The position numbers were made by a program, and so were the translations under genes. Source: Sminthopsis crassicaudata (lineage: Eukaryota). From it: 64,000 bases of DNA. The stretch is taken from NCBI RefSeq assembly GCF_048593235.1, contig NC_133617.1:627606958-627670957 (forward strand), written 5' to 3'. The notes under the pieces are model-generated. The model did not search any database. It was given only the letters and a program-made list of their open reading frames with translations, and had not been told where the DNA came from. Below, in pieces: positions 54,077 through 64,000 of this stretch (its first letter is position 1; each line of letters opens with the position of its first letter).

Positions 54077-57000
54077 ATGGTCCTGATCAAAGAGTTGTGA
54101 GTAGGGGTTCCGAGTCTGCTTGGGGGAGGGAGGTTTGGGGGCGGCGGGGGGCGGGGTGCTGATGGGGATCTGGAGGCTGTGCACGAGAAAATCCTGCACC
54201 CAGAGGCGCCGGACTTTGCCCTCCGCCTTCAGCAGTTTTGCACGCACGGGCGTTTTAGCCGTTCTGGGGCTAAATCATCCGAGCACTTGCACTGCCGTGG
54301 AGCTAGCTCAGAGAAGCGAGCGCTGTCCCCGCAGAACGGGCGCAGAAAGAAGGGTCTCCCGCCCCTCACTACGTCTCTTTTTTCCCGCAGCCGGGTGCTG
54401 CTGCCCTGCTCCGTGGAGGAGGTGAGACCCCCCCAGCCCCGCTTCTCCCCCGCCCTTCCTCCCCCCAGGGTGCTCCGCCGTCCCCCGGGAAGGAGGGAGG
54501 CCGTGCTCCGTCGGAGCGCTCCTCACCAGCGGTTCTCTCCCCCTCAGTATCAGGTAGGACAGCTGTACTCCGTGGCGCAGAGCAGCAAGAATAACACGGG
54601 GGGCGGGGAGGGCATCGAGGTCCTCATCAACCAGCCCTACGAGGGGGGCCCCGGAGAGCGGGGCCAGTTTACCCACAAGATCTACCACCTGCAGAGGTGA
54701 GCCGGGCTCGGAAGCGCGGGGCATGAGGGGGCTTGCAGACCTCGGCCCTGACCGGCTTCCTCCGCCCACAGCAAAGTTCCAGGATTCGTCCGCCTGTTCG
54801 CCCCGGAGGGCTCCCTGGTGTTCCACGAGAAGGCCTGGAACGCCTACCCTTACTGCCGGACCGGTGAGGAGAGGGGGGGCAAAGAAGGTCAGAGGTCAGG
54901 GTCCTGGACATCAGACACCTGAGCCCTCCGGCCTGACGCCTTACCGGGGCGGGAAACTGGTGGCGGGAGGCCCCGTGTGACGTGGCTCTAACCCGTTACT
55001 GTTCTTTTCCCATCTTTTTGCCTTTTTTCCCTTCATTTCTCTAAAATCACTTGCCTTCCATCGCCCGCTGCATCCACCTTAGTCATCACGGTAAGAGCCC
55101 CCGTTGTCAGAGTGGGGAGGGTTTAGCCAGAAAACGTGTCTCCCTTCACTGAGCCCCCCTGTTTTTATCCAGAATGAGTATATGAAGGATGATTTCTTCA
55201 TCAAGATTGAAACCTGGCATCGGCCAGACATGGGGACTGAGGACAACGTGAGTGTGCAGTAAATGTCGGTGAGGTAGTACGGTGGTCAGAGCGCTGGCCT
55301 GGAGCCAGGAAGACCGGGCCCTTTCTAGCTGGGTGACCCCGACAAGTCACTCGACCTGTGTCTGCCTCAGTTTCCTCAACTGTCAGATGGACATCCTTAT
55401 GGCAACTGCCTCCCAGGGTTGTGAGGATTTAATGAGGTAATCTTAGTTAGGCTCGTAGCCTGGCGTGTGGCAGATCCCTTCCCCTCGCACTAGATGTCTC
55501 GCTATATTTACCTCTAAGAACTCGTCCCTTTGTTCCCCACCTTCCCCGCCCTCTCTGTGTGTCCCCTGTCCCTAGAGAATTAGGGGTCTCCTGTGCTCCT
55601 TATGTCCTCCATTTTCCAACAGAAACCTCATGTAGGCAGGTCTGTGTACAGTTCCCCAGTCACTCTTCTGTTCCTCTCCTTTGCCCCTCCATCTCTTACC
55701 CATCCCCCTGCTCTTCTCTCCTTCCATCCTAAAAGTCCCACTTTTTGGTCAAGGCTTAACTTGAAGCTCTCCTCATGAAGCCTTCCCCAGCACCTCTGGC
55801 TGCCTCCTTCCCCAAAATCTCATCCGCAGCACTTGTAGTCGGCTACACGGAGTTAGTAGTCAGTTGCTCTCCTCTGTTTTACCTGTAGTAGTTTGATTCT
55901 CCCGTTAGATTAAGGTCTATTTGAAAGCGAAATCACGTCTTGTACTTCTCTTGTGTCCCCATACAGCGGCCGCTACAGTGTTAAGCATCTAGTAGGTGCT
56001 CAATATGTGCATGTTGGTTGGTATTTCTTACACCGGTTCTCTGCCGGGACTGGACAGATGATAACCCAGCCTTCCCTCTCCAGAGAGGAGGTAGAATGCT
56101 GAATCTCTACCCTATAGCCTAGTAGATAGTTAAGCACATCCTATCTCGTATTGTTCATGGCTGTTTTATGTGTCTGAGAATTCTTTACTAGAATGGAAGC
56201 CTTTGGAGGGCCTAGTGCCGTAGGCTTCTTGTACTCCTCACAGCGCCGAGCACAAAACAGGTGCTCACTTACTCACTGACTTCCCTTGCCTCCATTGCCT
56301 CCTTCCCTCACAAGCAGCCTGCTCTCTCTCCACCCTTTCCTAGGTTCACCATCTTGATGCAGAGACATGGAAGGAGGTGGAGGTGGTTCATATTGACATT
56401 GCTGATAGGGCCCAAGTGTCTGATGAGGTAAGTGAAGTAGAACTGGGGACTGGATGATAAAATACTTGTGTTTTAAGAGGGGAGCAGGTTCTGTGAGAAA
56501 ATCTGGGGGCTAGGAGGGGCAATGCTTAGGCTCAGGAAAGGCAGAGAACTGGGAGCAGCTTCTTTGAGAGCAGGTTGGAGTTTCTTTCACAGCTCCCTCT
56601 CTTCCTTCCAGGATTATAAACCAGAAGAGGACCCTGCTCTCTTCAAGTCTGTCAAAACTGGCCGTGGCCCCTTGGGACCCAACTGGCAGGTAAACTATGT
56701 CCCTATCCTTGCTCGAGCTGGGCAAGGTCGGGTGGGTAGAGGCTTAGTTCCCCAAGGCTGTCGGGTTAGTAGTGTGTCTGTGTTTATATCTTTGTACAGA
56801 GGGAATTGTTGAAACATCCACCCCACATGTGTGCCTACAAACTGGTGACTGTCAAGTTCCGATGGTGGGGGCTCCAGGGTCGAGTGGAGAACTTCATCCA
56901 TAAGGTTGAAGAAGATGGATGGGGTGGCTGTGGGTTCTGATTCGGAGGGTGGGAGATGGGAGACTCAAGCTTCAGGCTCTTACTTAAAGGACTGAGGTAA

Positions 57001-59540
57001 AGATGGGAAACCTTTTAGGTCTGACCTAGGTAGGAGTCTGAGAGCAATGGAACTCTGGGTCTTTGTAACAGATGGGCTCACGTTGGTGTGCATTCAGAGT
57101 AAGGCATTACTTTTTGACATGATAGGAAAAACTATAATGTGATCTATCTTTTTGTCTTTTCCCTGCTTTGGATGGAAAACTAGTTACATCATTAGAGTAC
57201 CCCAAACACCCTTTATATAATCAGATGACTTCCCACTTGGCTGAGAGTGAATCTGTGGTTGTAGAACAGCTGAGTAGGTTCCACATGGACTTTGGGCCAT
57301 TCTTAGTCCACTTTAAAGAACACCATGTCTGAGCTAAATTGACTGAGTAGAGGTATTGGTATTTGAATGTAATTCTACTCACTGATGTAATAGTTCATTC
57401 TGTGCAGACACTTTCATGGTTGAGATCCTAAAGTAAGGAGAAGCCTTCAAAACATGTTATTGAAAGGAGCTAAGGTTATTATATTACATTTTTGACACTT
57501 CCCTTAACACCTAAGATCTTAGCACTAGCCTTATGTAAAGTGAGGAAAAAATAATTTTCCTTTTGTAACTTTTCTCTCAGACACAGTATTTTAGTCATTT
57601 TATAATGTCATTCAATAGATTTTACTTCTAACCAATTAATTTTCATTTTCAAAAAGATGCTCCCTGGACTCTAGGGTCAGGAAATGATGAAATACTGTGC
57701 TCAAAGCCACTGAGATTTTTTCCCCTTGCCTTGTAAAGAAAGAAAATGCCAAAAATAAATGAAGAATGAACTCCATGTCTAGAGAGAATCAAGTCCTGAA
57801 TTTATGCCATAGAAAATAGCATAATATAGGGGGTTAGGTGTGAGCTTATCTGAGACTAAATTGACATCCTTTCTTTGCACTCTGTTTTCTCTTTATGATT
57901 TACTTCTGGATCTCTGTATTCTCAAGGTAGACAGTCTTGTAATCTGGAGTGTAGGTTGATAGGATGGAAAGGAAAGAGGGTGTGGATTCTAAAATCAAAT
58001 ATCTGGTAAGAACTTTGAATATGTGGAAAGAGGTGATGACATCACTCAACCAAGAGCATACTCACTAACCAGCCAAAGTCCAGCGGTTTGGTGCCTTTTG
58101 TTTGGGATCAAGAAGTTGAGAAATTATTACCTAGAGCCAAAAGTAAGATCCCGTGGACCATGTCCAAAGAGATTCCTTGAACCTCAAAGCGGACCAAGGC
58201 CTTTGGAGCTTCAGGCCTGTGGGAAACTGGGTCAGAACACTGGTGTTTCAGTTACATAGGCTGATTCGTGTAGAATCCTCCCCCTCTTCCCACAGCAAGA
58301 AAAGCGGCTCTTCACCAACTTCCACAGGCAGCTCTTCTGTTGGCTGGATCAGTGGGTTGATCTGTCCATGGAGGACATCCGGAACCTAGAGGAGGAGACC
58401 CAGCGAGAATTGGACCAGGTAATGGTTCAATGTAGTGAATAGATAGGAAGAACTGGGAAAACTGATCAATCATTCAGCAAATTTTGACAAGCAGTTGCTA
58501 TAAACTCAGCACCAAACCAGTGCCCTAATGGAATGTAAACCCTTTGCATAAAGGAACTATCCTGTTTTTGTATTTTTATCTGTGGTGCCTTGTCCATAAA
58601 AAGCAATCAACACATGTTTGTAGAATTGAATAGAGAGAAGTTAGGAGAAAGAGAAAAAATGGAGAGTTTCCCCTACCCTTGAGGAGCTTGTAACATAGAG
58701 ATTGATACATGTGCTGTGTGAGTTAAAGTATTTTTCTTACAACAACCTTATGGAGGAAGTTAGGCAAATGTTGTCATCCCCATTTTGAAGATGAGGAAAC
58801 TGAGACTCAAGTTGTTGGTGGTCATAGGTCTGAGAGTTTCCGTGGAAAGATTCAAAGCCAGGTGTCCTGACTCCAAGATAAATAGGGGGAACAAAGGTAC
58901 CAACTACTGTGGCTGGACCAGGACTGCTCCTTACCCAATTCCCATTATATTAAAAGAGACTTCTCAGATAAGGCAAGAGAAGGACATTAAAAGTGCCTGG
59001 GCCTGGCAGTTCTGAGAGCCCTGGGTTTTAACCTGATTCTGAATCTCATGCTCCATGTTGTTGGCCAAGCCACTTCCCTCCTCTGAAAATGGAGGAATGG
59101 TCCTGGTGACTGTTATGATCCCTCTAGTTCTAATGTTCTTTGAGGGCGTACTCACATCTGTCATGTGTTTCATTCCTCTTGCCTGTTGGTTCAGCCTTCA
59201 GATCTCCTAGTTTTAGCTCCATTCCTTTGGTTTGGTCCCCGTTGGAGATTTGAGAAGAGAGTAAGTGAAAGAATTAGGACTAGTCCATCATGTACTCTCT
59301 GGAATTAGAATTTTAGATTGTTTTTTAAGTTGGGAAGAGACCTGACGAGGAAGAAAAACTGGTTAGGAATAAGGAGTGTGGTTATAGAACTAGGGAAGAT
59401 ACCTATGAGATTAAGTCGGGAGTCTCATTTTCTAATGAGAATGGATGCTACTAGTTCCCTAACCCCCATTCTCATCCCATCTTGGGTTTCAGATGCGGAA
59501 GACAGGGCCAGTGAGGGGCATGAGAGCCAGTGATGACTGA
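54077..59540 (+). CDS. Class I phosphatidylinositol transfer protein, beta-like paralog (270 aa); not a clear PITPNA or PITPNB ortholog
   Basis: Coding exons 54077-54096, 54391-54421, 54548-54696, 54772-54863, 55083-55090 (8-nt microexon), 55173-55247, 56344-56427, 56612-56689, 56800-56904, 58296-58418, 59493-59540 = 813 nt, all GT-AG, no internal stop. Protein: [270 protein letters not shown]. Confidence 0.93.
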
Positions 59541-60667
59541 GACCTCAGCCAGACCTGGGCAGGTAAGGAGGGCCCTGGAAAGGTTTGCTTGGGGTGGCGG
59601 GAAGTGCCAGCACTGCTATTGAGCATGTGGGGTGCTGGTCAATGATGCCCTACTTGGGGAAACGCCTGGTTTCAGGGGCCTCTGCCCTTCTCGACACCAC
59701 TACCTAAGGCCTTGGGGTTCTTTGTCCTAAGCTGAAAAACTGGGTGCCTTATCTCCTCTGTATCCCTCCTCAGTAGTGAGTCATCAGCAAGACCATAATC
59801 AGGCCAGTTGTTTAGAGTGCAAGAGCCTACTTTAACTCCAGTGTGAGGATGCTCAGGGTGCAGATCTACAGGTTGGTAATTGCAGGTACACAGCATAGTT
59901 TCAGAATGCAATCTTGTCCAGCTTAGGAGGTAAGTCTTAGAAATTTCATAGATGGGGATTCTTTTTTCTTAAAAAAATTTTTTTTAATCATAAACAGTAG
60001 CCATCAGTAAAACCATACATTCATATATGTGAACAATTTTTTTAAAAAATGAAATAGCTAAAATTCCACTCTACCAGATCTAGATTTTTCTATCACATCT
60101 CACTTACAACAGTCCCCTTCTTGATTTTTGGTCATCTCTGTCTTGCTTCCTGAGAAGTTTGTTCTTAATTTCCCCAGCTTCTTCTCTCAACAAAAAGTAG
60201 AGTCTGTTTCCAGATTCTCTTATTTGCTAATCTCAGAGGAAATAGCCCCTTTCTACCAGGGTTTCTGAGGCAAACCCTTTTGTAAAGACAGTCTGCCACA
60301 AAGGCAGGTCTCAGTCGGACCCTCCTGGTCCTCCACCTTCCCACCCCCACTCCCTTCTATTAGTCTCCTGTGAATTTCTCTTACATTCTATCTTTTCTCT
60401 CCCTTATTGCTCTCTGATCAATCCCAGTGCATCTCATTTCAGACTTATCTTTACACTGATTATTTTGCTAGTTCAGCCAATCTAAATGCTCTCTTTTCTT
60501 TGGCATACATTTGTATATGCGAAGTCTTTGGTTTACTTAGAACACACTTCTGATCTAGAAGAGATTCAATAAAAACACAAATAGGAAGTTATTCATTGTG
60601 CCCATTTTAGGAAAAACTAAACCCTCAGCTGACCTTCCCTGTTCAACTTCTTCCTCTCTCCACCCAG

Positions 60668-61020
60668 GTACCTGCCCCTGAGATGGAAAATTGAAGGGAA
60701 TTTGGTGCAGTGTCGACCCAGTAGGCAGGAGGAAAGAGTGAAGCTGCTGCTTCTGGGGGGAGTGGGAGCAGGGACAGGATTCCTGCTTGCTCCTCTCCAG
60801 CTCCGTCCCACCATTCTCTCCCACCCTGGAGCTTTTCCTGTTCCCAGAGATGCCTGGGGACCAAGAGCTGGAGTCACATTCCAGGGTCAAACACTACAAT
60901 TGCTGCTCCCTTTCAAGCCTGGAAAGGACACAGGGAGTAGGGGCAACTTGACCTACCACTGTTCCTGATGCCCATGGAGTCAACGCTGCACAGTAATAAA
61001 GTCCTCATGGGCCCCTGGGC
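60668..61020 (+). other. Noncoding terminal exon (3' UTR) of the PITP gene with poly(A) signal
   Basis: Donor CAG|GTAAGG at 59562, 22 nt after the stop. Long pyrimidine tract and CAG acceptor ending at 60667. AATAAA at 60995-61000. Confidence 0.75.
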
Positions 61021-62194
61021 CTCACACTGTTGTCTGTGAGGGTGTGTGTACTTGGAGGGTGGGTCCTTACTTCCTCTCCCACCCCTGCCCTTCTTTGGGC
61101 CCTGGGCTCACTAATAATCAGAGCTTGCATTTATATAGTGTTATATAGTTCTCATTTGGTCCTCACAGAAACCACCTGAGGCAGGACAAGGAACATCTCT
61201 ATTACAGATAAGACTGAAAGTCAGAGAGGCTGTGAGTTGGTGAAGGTCTCAGAGAAGTAAGTAGTTAGTAGGGAGTAGAGCTGGAATTTTTTGACCATAA
61301 GTTGTGTCTTTCCTAAGACTCCATTAACTATAATAAAGATATGGAACCCCCTTCTCAGTTCTAAACTTCTCAAGGACCTAGACTGGCTGTGATATCATCT
61401 CCCTAGGTGATTTAGGGGAAGTTTTTCCTGGTTTCTTTGTTCTTGTGCTATAGGGTGAGTTGGATGAAGTTATCTTTTCTGTCTTCAAGGTGATGAGTAA
61501 ATTAAAGAGCCTCATCACCTGGGAGTCAGCTCCAGTCAGGTTAGGGATTTCTGTCTACCAGTAATAATACAGGATCTTCATGCCCTGGGCATCTTTGGCT
61601 TCATAGTGAGCTCTCCAGAGCATAATTGTAAAGCCCCTCTCACCCTCTCACTCCAAAGAAAAAATGTGTGTGTTGGGGGAGGGGAGGGATAGAGTCTTGG
61701 GTTTGATTTCTCTGCTTAAGACATAGCCACTTATTAATTAAAAGTGTCCAAAATTTCCCATTTGTTAGAACTGTGTTGAGGTCAGATGCCTAGCAGAACA
61801 AAATTGTTCCCTAGAAATGAACAATGTCCAGCTAAGTTCTAACTGATGTGGCCTTTGCTTTGCCTGCTGTGGGAGGTCAGGTCAAGTTCCCCTTGTGTTG
61901 GCCATCTTGTTGAACCAAAATTCCATCTACTTTCTTCTTTATATCTCTACATCTTTCTTAATCACAAAGTGACCCTCATCTCTGATTCTCCAACTGTTTC
62001 CCTTGACATGTCAAAAAAAATTTGATCAGGGAAAAAAAGAAGTCTTTTCTCCAGGTAGCACCCCATTGTGTAGATGACTTGGGAAGGATCATACACCATT
62101 CACATCACCCTGGGTCTCTCACCCTCCAGGGCTCTTGGTCCCTGGCATGTATAGCTCTTCTTCCAGACTGACTAGGTTCCTGGGGAAGAAACTG

Positions 62195-62425
62195 TAATTT
62201 CCCCAAGCTGGCCACGAAGGCCTGGAGTGCCAACCTTAGTAGTACCCATGGTAAAGGATTATGGGAAGGGAGGATGAGACAGGGAAAGCCCCCTATAGTT
62301 TCCTTCTCACTGCCAGGGAACTAGCTGGGAAATCCCACAGGCTGTAAATGGAAAATGGCAGTAACTGCCTTCGGGAAAAATAAGAAACCCCCAATACGCC
62401 TCCCCTGCCAATGATGGGAAATCCA
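62195..62425. promoter_or_regulatory. Cluster of NF-kB-type sites about 1 kb upstream of the putative IL27 start
   Basis: GGGAAAGCCC 62282-62291, GGGAAATCCC 62327-62336, GGGAAATCCA 62416-62425, and GGGGAAATTAC on - near 62195-62205. Confidence 0.55.
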
Positions 62426-63205
62426 GGGGAAGAGAAGGACAGGAAGATGAAGGCAATTCTGGAATCTTAATGCGCTGGAAGCTGAACAACTGTAAGGGTC
62501 ATAAGCAGGGAGAGCAGCGACCTAATCTCAGCCATACCCCTAACTTTGGTCATTATTTGAATCTTGAACACCAACCATCCCACGATCAGGAAAAGACTCA
62601 TTTTGTAATCCCACAGATTTTCTTTTAATCCCAGCCACAGACTACACCCTCATTTTGGTCATATAATAACTCCAACTGTGGCCACAAAATGACTCAATCC
62701 TAGCCTTAAATTGACCCCGATCTAACCACTGACTCCTAATTTGACCATAAAAGGGTGCTGGCCATGGATTAATTCCCTAACATTCACCATAGTTTGATAC
62801 CTAAGCAGAGGGTCTTAAACTATCTACAATCTTAAAAAGAATCAGTGTGAATCCTTGTTTCCTTCCACTCTTTGGGGAGGGATGCCCACAAAACTTTTCT
62901 CATAGCTGACTGGTCAATGTCATTTAATGAAAAAGACAGCCTCCTAGAAATATATAAGAAATGGGCAGGTAATTTAAGTCTGTGGGAGAAACAGATGGAT
63001 ATATCATGCTGTTAGTGCAGCAAGTGTTCTATTTAAGTAATCTGAACTAGTTAAGAATTCTGAGATGAGATGATCCAGAGAAATGAACTGGAGGTGGTAA
63101 ATGGGAGAGAGGAAGAGCTGAGTCCTAGTTACCTAAGCAGGAAGCTGGTCCATGATTCCATCCCCTTTGTTGCCAAGAAAACTCCGGCCCCCCTGACTAT
63201 GGGAA

Positions 63206-63302
63206 GGGAAATTACATTTCCCCATTTCAGAGGAGTTTGAGAGTGAAGCTGAAAGTGTAAGTAGTAGAGAAACTGAAAGTGGGGGCTGGCCCCCCGTATA
63301 AG
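63206..63302 (+). promoter_or_regulatory. Putative IL27 (p28) proximal promoter
   Basis: Inverted repeat GGGAAAT-TAC-ATTTCCC at 63206-63222, IRF element GAAACTGAAAGT at 63269-63280, and TATAAG at 63297-63302. Confidence 0.6.
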
Positions 63303-63348
63303 AACTCCAAGAGGGGGGGATGGCTGGTAAGAAAGACATTGCCAGAAG

Positions 63349-63367
63349 ATGAGAGACGGGAGCTGGC
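63349..63367 (+). CDS. IL27: Probable first coding exon of interleukin-27 subunit alpha (p28); the rest lies beyond the window
   Basis: ATG AGA GAC GGG AGC TGG C|GTGAGT gives M-R-D-G-S-W-(R) with a phase-1 donor, matching the ...G-W-R junction of human IL27 exon 1 as recalled. It follows IRF, NF-kB and TATA elements and has the position and strand expected from NUPR1-IL27 synteny. Only 19 coding nt are visible. Confidence 0.55.
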
Positions 63368-64000
63368 GTGAGTTAATGGAATAGGGAGTAGACTAAATAA
63401 GCCTCTGAAATTGAGGGATTTGGGGATGAGGGTTGGAGAAACATGATTGTAGAAGCCAAGAAGCTTGTGGTATAGAACAAAGGACCAAGAGAAAAGATTC
63501 CTTGAAAGAAAAGAGGGTAGACTATGGGGTGGCAAGAAGTTGGGGCTCTAGTTATACTGGAAAGAGGTTGGGAGGCAGGCAGTGTCCTCCCAATAGTGGA
63601 ACATAGAGTTGGGGGGCAAGGGGAGAACAAGATGTGTAATGAAACTACAGCTCAAGCCTGGATGGAAGAAACCGTTTTATTTGGTTCCATGAAATCTTGG
63701 CGTTTGAGATGTAAAAATGGACTATTTAGGTGCCAGCTTTTGGTTATAAAATCTCTAGGTAAACAGGTTTTTCTATTTGAGTTTCAGGCTGTGTGACTGC
63801 CATCTCACAAAGTTGATTCTTTGTAGGGGGAAAGGTAGTAGTGCTAGACTTTTTGTTCAGAGCAGTATTAAATTGAGATCTAACAACTAAGACTCAGAGT
63901 GGTACCTCATCCCAAGTGTAGGACTGTCTGGTAGACCTAGTTGAGTGATGATACTTTCAAGTTTCTCGATCCCATCTGAAGGGCTTCTCATGTACCTGAG

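Noticed and set aside
57684-57713. ATGATGA...CTGA resembling an intronic C/D snoRNA
   Set aside because: The boxes are only about 20 nt apart with no terminal stem, too short for a snoRNA.
54077-59540. Calling this gene simply PITPNB or PITPNA, or a retrocopy
   Set aside because: It has 11 introns at class I positions, so it is not a retrocopy. Its divergence, compact size and NUPR1/IL27 neighbours do not fit either ortholog. The symbol is left blank pending a tree.
62520-62800. Degenerate CCTAAY-rich stretch as an interstitial telomeric repeat
   Set aside because: No regular TTAGGG periodicity; too degenerate to support.

Overview
Vertebrate genomic DNA from a marsupial. The SINEs resemble WSINE1 of Australian marsupials, so probably a dasyurid such as the Tasmanian devil (inference). 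It is a draft assembly with two N gaps. The window is the single-copy counterpart of the human 16p11.2 block. Gene order: BOLA2 (-, partial), SLX1 (+, 6 exons, 270 aa), SULT1A1-like (+, 7 coding exons, 295 aa), SGF29 (-, 9 coding exons, 293 aa), NUPR1 (+, 82 aa), an intact 11-coding-exon class I phosphatidylinositol transfer protein gene (+, 270 aa), then the probable promoter and exon 1 of IL27. All exons were walked by hand and the frames join without internal stops. The main finding is the PITP gene. It is neither a typical PITPNA nor PITPNB, it has a CpG-island promoter and all canonical ligand-binding residues, and it lies between NUPR1 and IL27, where I know of no protein-coding gene in human or mouse. 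It is a candidate third class I PITP paralog retained in marsupials and lost in eutherians. Smaller findings: a perfect 196-bp copy of SULT1A coding exon 1 inserted into a CR1 remnant, a GC-AG intron in SULT1A, an ND5 NUMT inside an L1 tail, a duplicated 135-bp module around the SGF29 TSS, an unusual IL27 exon 1, an NF-kB site cluster, and a decayed RPS2 retrocopy. Comparisons with human, rat or repeat-consensus sequences are from memory, not from a database search.
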